Sequence record: SRR31156797_7717
Length of the DNA: 47,085 bases
Direction: 5' to 3' (one strand)
Positions 7,627 through 17,399 of the stretch are shown here, one piece after another. Within the stretch, counting starts at the first letter, position 1. Each line of letters opens with the position of its first letter. The notes beneath the pieces were generated by a model. The model worked only from the letters and a program-made list of their open reading frames with translations, was not told the DNA's origin and did not search any database. Position numbers and translations under genes: made by a program.

Positions 7627-10017
7627 ATGATTAACAAGCATAGTTCCATAATTTTTCTGCTGTTGGCAGCACTCCTGCTGGGTGGCTGTTTTGCCAAGAA
7701 AACCACGCAGGCAGTGCAGTATACCGAGGAAGAGGCTATTCCGTATAAAATTGCGGTCCTTCCTGCGGAATACGTTAAGCATGCCGAGAATTCCACAGAG
7801 CATAAATCTGTACTGGTACTTGATGATGATCGCTTGTTTGTTGCGGATATTGCCCGTGCGGCGATCAGTAATCAGTTGGCCGGTAAGGGCTTCATGCCGT
7901 TGCAAAAGAATGTTGTGGATAACACCCTTGCTGAACTGGGGCGTGATGACGGCTGGCGCAAGATGAGTGATGTGGAACTTTGCAAGCTTTTGAATGCGGA
8001 CGGCATCGTTAAGACGGATATTTACAGCGCAGATATGATTAAGGCTTTGGCTTTTGATCTTTTCCAGCTTGATGCGGAAGTGATGATGTATAACGCTGCC
8101 GGGACTCTGGTTGGCAAATGGCGGGATAGTGCTTCTAAACGCAGGATTTCGGTTCCTACCGGTGTAATCGGTCTTGCCGGAACTCTTGTAGAGGAAGTCT
8201 TTTCCGACCCCATCAGGCGTCAGATGCGTATGGTTGTCTATGATTGGGCTTGGAATATGGCTCAGGTTTTGCCGGATTGCCCCAAGGGGCCGAAGCTTCC
8301 GGAGGTCATTGCTGTTGATACCAACGTGGATAACCTCCTTTTCGGTGTGGGGCAGAGGGTGGCAGTGCGCGTGGATGCTGAGCCTGGATTGAAGTGCTCC
8401 TTCAGTATCGGTGATTTTAAGAAAAATATACCTTTGCCCCAGACTTCACAGGGCGTTTACGAAGGATTTTATGTGGTTGCCGAGGGAGATAAGGCGATCA
8501 ATAAACCTTTAATGGTCAAGATGCGCAAGGCTAACGGGGTGGACAGGCTTTGGATTGAGTCCGGTTCGCTTATTTCAGTTGATGGTGAGTTACCTCCGGT
8601 TTTGGAAACAATCCAATATCAGGCCGGACGAGACGGCGTGCAGCTTTATTGGCAGGTACCATCAGCTACCGATCTTGAGGAATTTGTGGTTGAAAAGGGT
8701 AGTGATCCGGTGGGTGAATTTGAAACGGTAGCCCGGACTCGGAGCCCTGAATTTGTTGATCCTGATGTGATGCAGGGAACAACGGTATTTTACCGGGTAC
8801 GCATCAGGGATAAGGCTGGAAACCTTTCGCCTTTGAACGGAATTACCAGTGTGATCATGCCGCAGTTTGATGAGCGGGATCTTTTTGGTGAATTGAACGG
8901 GGTGTTGGTCAAGGGTAATTACCGTATAGGACTTCCAGTGACTGTTCCTGAAGGTTCGAAATTTACCATTCAGTCCGGGACAAAGATTCGTTTTGACGAC
9001 AAGGGCCGGATTGATGTTTTCGGAGAACTTGAATCCATCGGTGAGATCAGCGGACCGGTTCGGCTGGAATCTAATTCTACCGAGGGCATAAGAGTTTTGT
9101 CCGGGGGTAAGGTGTTATTTTCTCAGTGCGAATTCAATGGGTTCAGCAAGGCTGTTACTTCTGCCGGTGGTTATACTGAAATACGTTCGTCATCTTTTGG
9201 CGGTGGCGAATATGCAGTGGCGGTGACTGAAACAGGTAATTACGATTTTAAGGGATTGCGTATCTCCGGAGTACGCCAGGGGCTGGTTCTCAGTGCCGGG
9301 AACGGTTCCGTGGTCCGCTCAAGTCTTACTAATTGCACGCAGGGAATTGATTTCAAAGGCGGTAGTGTCGAAATTAAGGATAACAATATTTTTGATAATG
9401 AGCGCAATATCGTTGCAACAGCTAAGCTTGTGGTCAGCGATAACTATTTCGGCTCGGCTTCAGTTGAAAAATTGAAGTTGGATGGTGATATTCTGGTCAA
9501 ATCAATTCTTGATGCTCCGTATCCTCATGGGCGTAGGGTTGTGCTCATCGACGACAAGGAAATTACCCCGGAATTGCGTGAGAAGAAATTTGCCGAACTC
9601 AAAGAGTTGGGTGTGAATGCCTTTCACAGTCAGCATTACGGAGATGCTTATCAGGCTCTGAATCAGGCGGTAAAGATGAAGGATGATCGTGATATTTACC
9701 TTTATCTTTCCTATACCTTACTGGCTCTGGGAGATGACGTGGCTCTTTCCGAAATACTGGACGAAGGTATTTCAAAGTTCCCGTATGATGTCCGATTGCA
9801 CCAGCTCAATGTGCGCTACCTGCTGAATAAAGGTGATATCAAGCAAGCAAGGCAGGTCTTAGATAAGGCTCTGTTGCTCAGTCCAGCGGACAGCAATCTG
9901 CTTTATATGAAGGATTACCTTGATCATCTGGCGGTTCCGGCTGAGTCCTCACCGACCAATACTGATGAAGAAAAAGCGAGCGAAGAGAAAATAGAGGATA
10001 AGATAGATGAGAAATAA
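7627..10017 (+). CDS. Multidomain lipoprotein: DUF799/CsgG-like + FN3-like + right-handed beta-helix + TPR
   Basis: Lipobox LGGC; KIAVLP..AISNQLAGKGF..LNADGIV; FN3-like YRVRIRDKAGNLS; beta-helix repeats (IKDNNIFDNE); C-terminal TPRs. Confidence 0.7.
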   Translation: MINKHSSIIFLLLAALLLGGCFAKKTTQAVQYTEEEAIPYKIAVLPAEYVKHAENSTEHKSVLVLDDDRLFVADIARAAISNQLAGKGFMPLQKNVVDNTLAELGRDDGWRKMSDVELCKLLNADGIVKTDIYSADMIKALAFDLFQLDAEVMMYNAAGTLVGKWRDSASKRRISVPTGVIGLAGTLVEEVFSDPIRRQMRMVVYDWAWNMAQVLPDCPKGPKLPEVIAVDTNVDNLLFGVGQRVAVRVDAEPGLKCSFSIGDFKKNIPLPQTSQGVYEGFYVVAEGDKAINKPLMVKMRKANGVDRLWIESGSLISVDGELPPVLETIQYQAGRDGVQLYWQVPSATDLEEFVVEKGSDPVGEFETVARTRSPEFVDPDVMQGTTVFYRVRIRDKAGNLSPLNGITSVIMPQFDERDLFGELNGVLVKGNYRIGLPVTVPEGSKFTIQSGTKIRFDDKGRIDVFGELESIGEISGPVRLESNSTEGIRVLSGGKVLFSQCEFNGFSKAVTSAGGYTEIRSSSFGGGEYAVAVTETGNYDFKGLRISGVRQGLVLSAGNGSVVRSSLTNCTQGIDFKGGSVEIKDNNIFDNERNIVATAKLVVSDNYFGSASVEKLKLDGDILVKSILDAPYPHGRRVVLIDDKEITPELREKKFAELKELGVNAFHSQHYGDAYQALNQAVKMKDDRDIYLYLSYTLLALGDDVALSEILDEGISKFPYDVRLHQLNVRYLLNKGDIKQARQVLDKALLLSPADSNLLYMKDYLDHLAVPAESSPTNTDEEKASEEKIEDKIDEK

Positions 10018-11623
10018 ATTTAGTTTGCTGCAATATGTTTTTCTTCCGGTTCTGCTTTTGACGTTTTTGATTCCGGCAAGTGCACAGGCCCGTAAGTATT
10101 CCCCAATTGAGTTGGAGGATCAGGCTCAGGCCCAGTGGCATATTAATTACGCTAGCTATTTGATTGATATAGGTAAGTATTTTGAGGCTCTTGAGCAATA
10201 CGATACGGCTGTTGATTATTCTCCGGTGGTTAAGACTCGGGTAAATGCCATGTTCGGTAAGGCTATGGTCTTATCTACATTTTTGGATGCTCCGGAAAAG
10301 GCTGCTGATGTTTACCGCATGGTGGGCCGCAACTACCCGGATTATGCTGATACCGCGCTTTATCGGCTTGGATTCCTCTATTACCAGATGAACAGGTATG
10401 ACCGGGCTAAATCTGTGTTCAGGCAATATTTGCGTTATTTCCCCAAGGGTAAATTTAAGTATCAGGCTGAAGCGGTGATTTCTTCCATGCCGGCCAAGGA
10501 GGAGCAGAAGGTTGAGCAGAAACCGGAGCAAAAGCCTGACGAGAAGGCCGGTGAGAAAATACCGTCAAAGATCGATAAAGAGCCGACGCTTCGGGTTTGT
10601 TTGAGCCGCAAGGTAAAGTCCATGACCGTGACTACCGGATCGGGTAAGGATAAAATCTGCACCGATGAGCTTGGCTGTGGGAGAAAGTACAAAGTCGGTA
10701 TGTCCGGCAAGCGGCTGACTCTTGATGGCAAGGTTGTCAGTGCAACAAGGATCAAGTTCAAGTCCAATGGAGCGCTTAAAGTCAGTTATGGTTCTGAATC
10801 CAAGAAGGTTCGCGGGATTGTCGAGGTGAGTATCCGCAAGGGTAAATTGCTGATTCTTAACATTATCGAAATTGAAGATTATCTGCGTTCAGTGGTTCCG
10901 GCGGAGTCCTATGCTTCGTGGCCTGCAGAGACTTTGAAGGCTCAGGCCGTTGCTGCGCGGACCTATGCATATTACCAGAAGAAGCACCGCACCCATCTTT
11001 TTTATGATGTTTACGCCGATACCTATGACCAGATGTATGGCGGGGTGGGACGTGAAGATAAGCGCACTGATAAGGCGGTGAAACAGACTCGCGGTCAGGT
11101 GATGCTCTATAAGAAAAAGCCTATTCTTTCCCAGTACACTGCCAACAGTGGTGGCTTTACTGCTGATGCAAAAGCTATTTTCGGCGCAGGTAAGGATTAC
11201 CTCATAGCTCATAAGGACCCGGCCAGTTTGAAAGGTAAGATGGCCTCGTGGACCAAGAAGTACAGCAAGAAGGATATCGAAGCGAAGCTGAAGAAAATCG
11301 GTATTTCCGTTCCCGGCATTCGATCCATTAATGCCCTTGAGAAGGGACCTTCCGGCAGGATTGTCAAAGTGCGTATTAAGTACAAATCAGGTTATAGGGA
11401 TCTGCGGACTCGGACTACCCTTGGAAGTTCTCGTGTATTGAAATTGCCTGATATTCTCTTGCGGATTGACAAGAAGGGAGATTATTATACATTCAAAGGC
11501 CGTGGTTGGGGTCATGGTGTAGGCTATTCGCAGTGGGGAGCTGCGGAATTGGGTAAAACCAAAAAGTACGATCATATTTTGAAATTCTACTATCCGGGTA
11601 GCAACATTAAGCAGCTTTGGTAG
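10007..11623 (+). CDS. TPR + SpoIID/LytB-domain lytic transglycosylase
   Basis: Signal peptide; TPRs; SpoIID motifs EDYLRSVVPAE, LKAQAVAARTY, GRGWGHGVGYSQWGA, ILKFYYPG. Confidence 0.9.
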   Translation: MRNKFSLLQYVFLPVLLLTFLIPASAQARKYSPIELEDQAQAQWHINYASYLIDIGKYFEALEQYDTAVDYSPVVKTRVNAMFGKAMVLSTFLDAPEKAADVYRMVGRNYPDYADTALYRLGFLYYQMNRYDRAKSVFRQYLRYFPKGKFKYQAEAVISSMPAKEEQKVEQKPEQKPDEKAGEKIPSKIDKEPTLRVCLSRKVKSMTVTTGSGKDKICTDELGCGRKYKVGMSGKRLTLDGKVVSATRIKFKSNGALKVSYGSESKKVRGIVEVSIRKGKLLILNIIEIEDYLRSVVPAESYASWPAETLKAQAVAARTYAYYQKKHRTHLFYDVYADTYDQMYGGVGREDKRTDKAVKQTRGQVMLYKKKPILSQYTANSGGFTADAKAIFGAGKDYLIAHKDPASLKGKMASWTKKYSKKDIEAKLKKIGISVPGIRSINALEKGPSGRIVKVRIKYKSGYRDLRTRTTLGSSRVLKLPDILLRIDKKGDYYTFKGRGWGHGVGYSQWGAAELGKTKKYDHILKFYYPGSNIKQLW

Positions 11624-11661
11624 TGCTGTGTTTTTTCAGGTGTTGGTTAATAATGTTGTTT

Positions 11662-11689
11662 CTTAAAATAAATATGAATTTATTTTAAG
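11662..11689. repeat. Perfect 12-bp AT-rich inverted repeat
   Basis: CTTAAAATAAAT-ATGA-ATTTATTTTAAG. Confidence 0.7.
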
Positions 11690-11715
11690 GCTGCTCTGGT
11701 AGATAAAGGCCCTTA

Positions 11716-12459
11716 ATGAACAGAACAGAAAGAATTATTTGGCTGGTATGCGTTGTTTTGACCCTAACCGTGATGATCGGCATTATTGAGTGTCGTGCAG
11801 ATACGGCTTCACAGGTTGTCCTTGATTCAGAGGTTACCTGTGGCAGGATGGGGCAGGAACTGATTGACCGTGGAGACTATGAACTCGCGGTTTCCAGTCT
11901 TGAACAAAGTTTGAAGAAGCACCCCCGTTCGGACTGGCTGTACAGCCTGCTCGGGCGGGCTTATTTTAAGATGGGCGACCTTGAACAGGCTGAGGCTCAG
12001 TTTCGCAAGGCTTTGGATATCAATAAGAATAATCCGGCGGCCAAGCGTATGGTCCTTGAAATGCGCAAGACTCAGGACTTGCTTCGTGATCGCGATTTTT
12101 ATGAATGGATTAATATCGCCAAGGAAAGGGCCGCCGATCTGGTGACATTGGTTATCGGTGTTTGGCTGGGTACGCTTCTTTCCGGGATTTCCGGTCGTTT
12201 CTATTCCCATTTCGTGCGTACAAATTTCAGGAAAGCCCTTGCTAAGAAAGATTTTGATTACGTTACTGATATTCTGGAAGATTTACAGATAAAGCGAGAG
12301 AAAGCCCAATTACGCATGCGTTTACGCGAGCTTCTTCAGGAATACGACCTTGAAGATGCAAAAGAAATGATCATCGAATACGTGGATGACCGCGAGATCG
12401 AAGACAAACTGGTCCATTTTCTGGTCCAGATTCATAAGAAATCGCAGGTGAAGAGCTAG
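11716..12459 (+). CDS. Membrane-anchored TPR protein
   Basis: N-terminal hydrophobic segment, TPRs (LLGRAYFKMGDLEQAEAQFRKAL), second TM, charged C-terminal tail. Confidence 0.8.
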   Translation: MNRTERIIWLVCVVLTLTVMIGIIECRADTASQVVLDSEVTCGRMGQELIDRGDYELAVSSLEQSLKKHPRSDWLYSLLGRAYFKMGDLEQAEAQFRKALDINKNNPAAKRMVLEMRKTQDLLRDRDFYEWINIAKERAADLVTLVIGVWLGTLLSGISGRFYSHFVRTNFRKALAKKDFDYVTDILEDLQIKREKAQLRMRLRELLQEYDLEDAKEMIIEYVDDREIEDKLVHFLVQIHKKSQVKS

Positions 12460-12471
12460 ATTCAGTCTCTT

Positions 12472-14418
12472 CTATCCCAACCCAGAAATAAATCTAGCCG
12501 CTACCTGATCGGCGTTCTCGCCTTCTTCCACTACCGGATGATGGGTTCCGATATGGGCTATTAAATGTCCTGTTGTTGCCAGCAATTTCTGAATTTCCGG
12601 TTCCCTGCCTCCCTTAAATCTAGCTTCAATCATATCTCCTTGATGTTTCGTACTAAAGCCTTGTGACTTCAAGGTAGTATTAATGAATCTGATTCTTGCA
12701 ATGCGTTGTTCCGGGCTTCCGCTTCCGCCTTTGAAGCGGAAATGGATGTGGTTGGCCTGAGCATCGGGATCGCAGACAGCATCAACTTCAGTCAGGTCTT
12801 TTTCTGATTTCAGGGTGATGTTCATGTAGGTTCTGGAAAGGATTGCGTACCCTTCAATGCTGTTTTCTCCATCCCATCCTGTGCGGTCCGCGCCGAGTCC
12901 GAACCAGAGAGCCCACATAGGGGCTGATTTTATGTCGTCGGGTGAAATGTCCATTTTTCCGGCTGCGGTACTGAACAGGCCGTCTGCAAGGTTGAGCACT
13001 GTTACGGAAATGGGTTGGCGTGCTTTTAAGTGTTTGGCACCATCAATACCCAGTCCTTTTTTACTGACCAGCGAGAACATTTCCTCAATGCCTTTTTCAT
13101 TGGCAAAGCGCACCAGATCATACATGGAGCGGCTTTTCTCCGGGAGGAACATTTCCGTGTTGCGCGGGGAAATATTCAGGTTGGCTATGTAAGAAAGGGC
13201 CTGCTTGATACGAACAGTTTCTTTTTCCCCTTGGAATGGGTAGGAGCGTGCTGATGTGATCATGACCCGGTTGCGCAGATCGGTGATCCATTGGCATTTT
13301 TGCGGAGCATCGAACAATTCTTCTGCCTTTTTACCCAGAGCGGCAATTGTTTTTGCCGAGTGGGTGGATAAAGGCGATTTTTCCGGCCGGGAGATAATCC
13401 GTTGCTTCTCCCGTCTTGAGAGCAGAAAAGGAATTGTGGAATTGTAGCTGAAAATTGCAGAACAGCCGCTTTCCCTGTCTTTGGGTGGCAGATCAGATGA
13501 TTCGTGTAGAGTTTCGATAACTCCTGAATCATGGATATCCTTCATGGGTTGGATGATGACCGAAGCCGGGCTTTCGCGGTCTGCATAGCCGGACTCAATA
13601 CGGGCCTTGATGGATTCTGCAGAAAATTTACAGGTGACCGCTTTTTTCCACGCTTCAACAATATCCTGTGCCGGGACCGGGGATATGGTGCACCAGCTTT
13701 CGGGCAGTGCATAAAGGCTTCCTTCCGGAGTTGAGGATGCGGTCAGGCTCAGATTGCCGCTTCCACGCGAGGTTTCGAGGGCCGCAATTTCTATCTCAGT
13801 GGCTATTGTGTCAGGCATTACGCCTTGCATAAAGCGATCAATGATGGTCCGGGAAATGATATTAAGATCGGTTATTCCGGTTGTTACAGCTGATTCCAGA
13901 ATTTCATCAATGGCAATACGCAGGTTGTTGGCTTCGATGAAATAATTGTAGACATCGGAACCGATGACCATACCGTCCAGAACAGGAACTCCGGCCTGTT
14001 TCAGTCGTGCAAGATCAGCGGCACAGGCTCCGGCTTTGAATTCATAGTCAATGGCATCTTCTAGCGGAAAGGTGAACGGTTTTGAAATTTCGGGATCAGG
14101 TACGGTCACAGCCATGCGCACGTAGAAATTGATCTTGTTGTAGTAATCCATGATGTCCATGAAGCGCACAGGGTTCATGTCCTGCAGATGCTCGAGCATG
14201 GTCCGGATATTGATACCCAGATCTGCGGCCTGTTTTTCCACGTATGCCCAATCGGTGACGGTCTGCCCGAAACCGATATCTTCAATGTGCGAGATGGATT
14301 TGAGGCACTCTTCCTCAAGCTCCATGAGTTTCTTAAAAGAGTTGTACCTGCGTCTGAGTAACCGTCCGGGAGGGAAAGTCTCGTAAGTCCAATGGCTGAA
14401 AACGTGTCGAAATCTCAT
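12472..14418 (-). CDS. Degenerate PEP-synthase/PPDK N-terminal (PEP/pyruvate-binding) domain protein
   Basis: G..AADLARL...GVPVLDGMVI, VIIQPM, C-terminal HFRFKGG....RIARIRFI as in Desulfovibrio PEP-utiliser paralogues; no SHAAI phospho-His motif visible. Confidence 0.75.
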   Translation of the reverse strand: MRFRHVFSHWTYETFPPGRLLRRRYNSFKKLMELEEECLKSISHIEDIGFGQTVTDWAYVEKQAADLGINIRTMLEHLQDMNPVRFMDIMDYYNKINFYVRMAVTVPDPEISKPFTFPLEDAIDYEFKAGACAADLARLKQAGVPVLDGMVIGSDVYNYFIEANNLRIAIDEILESAVTTGITDLNIISRTIIDRFMQGVMPDTIATEIEIAALETSRGSGNLSLTASSTPEGSLYALPESWCTISPVPAQDIVEAWKKAVTCKFSAESIKARIESGYADRESPASVIIQPMKDIHDSGVIETLHESSDLPPKDRESGCSAIFSYNSTIPFLLSRREKQRIISRPEKSPLSTHSAKTIAALGKKAEELFDAPQKCQWITDLRNRVMITSARSYPFQGEKETVRIKQALSYIANLNISPRNTEMFLPEKSRSMYDLVRFANEKGIEEMFSLVSKKGLGIDGAKHLKARQPISVTVLNLADGLFSTAAGKMDISPDDIKSAPMWALWFGLGADRTGWDGENSIEGYAILSRTYMNITLKSEKDLTEVDAVCDPDAQANHIHFRFKGGSGSPEQRIARIRFINTTLKSQGFSTKHQGDMIEARFKGGREPEIQKLLATTGHLIAHIGTHHPVVEEGENADQVAARFISGLG

Positions 14419-14420
14419 AA

Positions 14421-14455
14421 TAGTGAATCATATCACAAGAGGTTATGTTTATAAA
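14421..14455 (-). promoter_or_regulatory. Internal sigma70 promoter overlapped by a Rex-like palindrome
   Basis: Minus strand TTTATA-N17-TATGAT with TGn extension; palindrome TAGTGAATCATATCACAA at 14421-14438. Confidence 0.5.
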
Positions 14456-14463
14456 ACCCTAAG

Positions 14464-16392
14464 TTACTCTTCAGAGAGCTCATCAAGGGGGACTGTCACT
14501 TCAAATAAGGTGCCGGGACCGGCGTTTTCGGGCAGGTCCAATTTACGCCGCAGAACCCGCGGTAGCGGGCTGACTGCTTTAATGCTTCCGCCATGGTCTT
14601 TAATGATCCCGAAAGAGACGGAAAGCCCAAGTCCAGTCCCTTTACCCACTGGTTTTGTGGAGTAGAAGGGGTCGAAAATGGCATTGATATTTTTAGGTTC
14701 CACTCCATGTCCGCTGTCAGCGAAGACTGCAGTAATGGTCATGGAATCTGTATCAAGTTTGGTTGAGATGTGGATGCGTCCTTTCTCATCAATTGCTTCA
14801 AGCGCGTTGGAAAGCAGGTTCAGCCATACTTGTTTCAGTTTTTCCGGGTCACCATGGATAATGGGGAAACGGTCATCAAGTTCAGTAGAAATTTCAACCT
14901 GTTCCAATTTGAAGGTGTGACTGACCAGTTGCACCACCTCCAAAATGGAGTTGTTGAAGCACATGGTAATTTTTTCACTTTCATTCTGGCGGGAGAATCC
15001 GAGCAGGTCGGCAACAATTTTGCGGCAGACACGGGCCTGTTTTTCTATGATTTCCAGATCCTTGGAAATCTGGTCATCAGGCTTGAAATCTTCCTGCAAC
15101 AGTTGGGCATAGCCGAGGATAATTCCCAGTGGAGTGTTGATCTCATGGGCTACGCCTCCGGCAAGTTTACCGATGGATTCCATCTTCTGGGATTGGATCA
15201 GCTGGGCCTGATAATTTTTGAGCTCGGTTATTTCACGGGAAGTGGAGAGTACACCAATAATATTGTTGCTTTGACCATGCACCGGAACACGGATGGTGTG
15301 AAACCAACGGGCCGGGAATTCGTCTGTCTCCGGTTCTCGCGTCTCTTTATTCACAATGCGTCCGGTTTCAAGGACCATACGTGCTTCTTCCATGCGCGCA
15401 GCAGCTATTTCGTCCGAATAGAATTCTTCGTCGGTCAGTCCTATTATTTCGTCTTCTGTATGTCCCAGATGTTCGGCATAGCTTTTGTTTATTGCGAGAT
15501 AGGTCAGTTGCGGTCCCAGCAGGGAAACAAAATCCGGTGAAACATTGATGATGGTTTTAAGCAGTTCTTTCTGCCGGGTCAGGTCTGCCTCGGTGATCTG
15601 CAGGTCTTCAATATGACAGGCAAGGCTCATGCCCATGGCATCGAAAGTGTCGGTTAATTCCTGAATTTCATCCCCTTTGGGGGCGTGTGTTATGGCCCGT
15701 TTGAATCTGTCTGTGAATGTTTCGTTTCTATTGTCTTCCTTACGGAGGCTGGGGCCAAGGTGGGTGGTAACTATATCTTCAGCGTGCTTTTGCAGTGAGC
15801 CGAGACGGAAGGTCAACTGTCGTGCGAACTGGGTCGAGATAAGTACCGCAAGTAGAAGGACTGCTCCGGTCAGGGCAAAAATCGCGAAAATCAGGTTTTG
15901 GACCACGGCATGGATTCCGCTCCGCGAAAGGCCGATACGCACTGTTCCCAGTTTTTTGTCGCTGAGAAAAATAGGAGCGGCAAAGTCGAAAATACGTTTT
16001 TTGCCTGTATCAATGGTCACTACGCTGATTTTATTGTTTTCGCCTTTATTGGCTTCCTTGAGCTGGACCGGAAAGCCATCACTGAATGTGTTGGCAAGGA
16101 CCCGGTTCTGGTCGTCCATGATGAATGCGTAGACGATTTCATCATCCGCTCTTTTCAGCTCGTTGACCATAGAACCAAGGTTGAGCAGATCCACTGAAAG
16201 CAAAGGGTTTTCCGCACGCATGGCCAGATTTCCGGCCAGAACTTCACCCCGTTTGCGGGATTGTTCAATGAGTGCGTCCGAGGACATGCGGATGACGAAA
16301 ATTGCAATAATCAGCGAGGTAAAAGCAACAATTAAGGTCAGTCCGAGATTGATCTTTGTCCGGAATTTAAGCCGGGAGAAAATTTCTGTCAT
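14464..16392 (-). CDS. Membrane sensor histidine kinase (periplasmic sensor, HAMP, PAS, HisKA, HATPase)
   Basis: GGAGG RBS before ATG 16392; two TMs; H-box GVAHEINTPL; N-box NLLSNA; DSGHG; GKGTGLGL. Confidence 0.92.
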   Translation of the reverse strand: MTEIFSRLKFRTKINLGLTLIVAFTSLIIAIFVIRMSSDALIEQSRKRGEVLAGNLAMRAENPLLSVDLLNLGSMVNELKRADDEIVYAFIMDDQNRVLANTFSDGFPVQLKEANKGENNKISVVTIDTGKKRIFDFAAPIFLSDKKLGTVRIGLSRSGIHAVVQNLIFAIFALTGAVLLLAVLISTQFARQLTFRLGSLQKHAEDIVTTHLGPSLRKEDNRNETFTDRFKRAITHAPKGDEIQELTDTFDAMGMSLACHIEDLQITEADLTRQKELLKTIINVSPDFVSLLGPQLTYLAINKSYAEHLGHTEDEIIGLTDEEFYSDEIAAARMEEARMVLETGRIVNKETREPETDEFPARWFHTIRVPVHGQSNNIIGVLSTSREITELKNYQAQLIQSQKMESIGKLAGGVAHEINTPLGIILGYAQLLQEDFKPDDQISKDLEIIEKQARVCRKIVADLLGFSRQNESEKITMCFNNSILEVVQLVSHTFKLEQVEISTELDDRFPIIHGDPEKLKQVWLNLLSNALEAIDEKGRIHISTKLDTDSMTITAVFADSGHGVEPKNINAIFDPFYSTKPVGKGTGLGLSVSFGIIKDHGGSIKAVSPLPRVLRRKLDLPENAGPGTLFEVTVPLDELSEE

Positions 16393-16402
16393 TTTAACCT
16401 CC

Positions 16403-17347
16403 CTATTGTCCGTAATCAATGTTCAGTCCTAATTCTTCTGTTAATTTTCTTACCGTATCGTAATCACTGTCCTGAGCAGGGATAATTCCTCTCATTCCTG
16501 CCTGATATAGAATAGCAGCTTGTTCCGGATCATCCATGGACATGCGGAACATGCAGTATTTAATTTTGTTGACGACTTTATCGGAAAGTCCTTTGCGTGC
16601 GGCGTAGACCCATCCCGGGAATGGTTTTGTTTCGGCAACAATTTTGATTTTGTCGATGTTGATCTTATCGCGGACCACGTTGAGCGTTCCTTCACGGATA
16701 GAGGCAAAATCATATTTCCCGGCGTATACAGCGAGGACTGCTTTTTCCTGTTTGCCGCCCGGACCGGGAGCAAAGGAGATTTCCTTGAAATCTGATTCCT
16801 TAATTCCATGCTTGAGGAAGAGACCTAGTGGAAAAAGGTATCCTCCTGCAGAAAGAGGGTCTACGGCGATCCATGTCTTGCCGATACAGTCTTTGAGTCT
16901 TGTGATGGCCCGGTTATCTTTGCGGGTAATAATTTGCCCCCTGAATGTGGGGCTGCCGGAAGGTTCGATGATCCGGGCAAAGGCCTGGGCACCGCTTTTG
17001 GCGATGCTGACATAGGTCATGGGGTTGGAGAAAGAAATATCAATTTCACCGTCTTTAACCATACGACGGTGTTCTTCAAAAGTATCCGGAAAGACCTGAC
17101 GGATTGTAAATCCAGATTCGCGGGAAAGGTAATCAATTAGTTTGCTGTGCCTTAAATATGAAACCCGATGTGAATATTGAGGTAGATAGGCATAAGTTAT
17201 GGCTGGACGTGGTTCCGGTACGCGCATTTCCTCACGAATAGACATGTCCACGCGCACAACTTTTTCTTCAGGTTGTGAACCGAAGAAATAGATTGCGGCT
17301 CCAGCCAGAAGGAGGATTGCCGGAAGAGTATATTTGAGCTTGAACAT
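16403..17347 (-). CDS. PhnD/SsuA-like periplasmic substrate-binding protein
   Basis: GGAG RBS before ATG 17347; VDPLSAGGYLFP, SNPMTYV, IIPAQDSDYD motifs of phosphate/phosphonate-binding proteins. Confidence 0.85.
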   Translation of the reverse strand: MFKLKYTLPAILLLAGAAIYFFGSQPEEKVVRVDMSIREEMRVPEPRPAITYAYLPQYSHRVSYLRHSKLIDYLSRESGFTIRQVFPDTFEEHRRMVKDGEIDISFSNPMTYVSIAKSGAQAFARIIEPSGSPTFRGQIITRKDNRAITRLKDCIGKTWIAVDPLSAGGYLFPLGLFLKHGIKESDFKEISFAPGPGGKQEKAVLAVYAGKYDFASIREGTLNVVRDKINIDKIKIVAETKPFPGWVYAARKGLSDKVVNKIKYCMFRMSMDDPEQAAILYQAGMRGIIPAQDSDYDTVRKLTEELGLNIDYGQ

Positions 17348-17399
17348 GAATTCTCCATCGAGAGAGGATTGTTTTCCCCGGTGAGAATCCTGTTCATGA

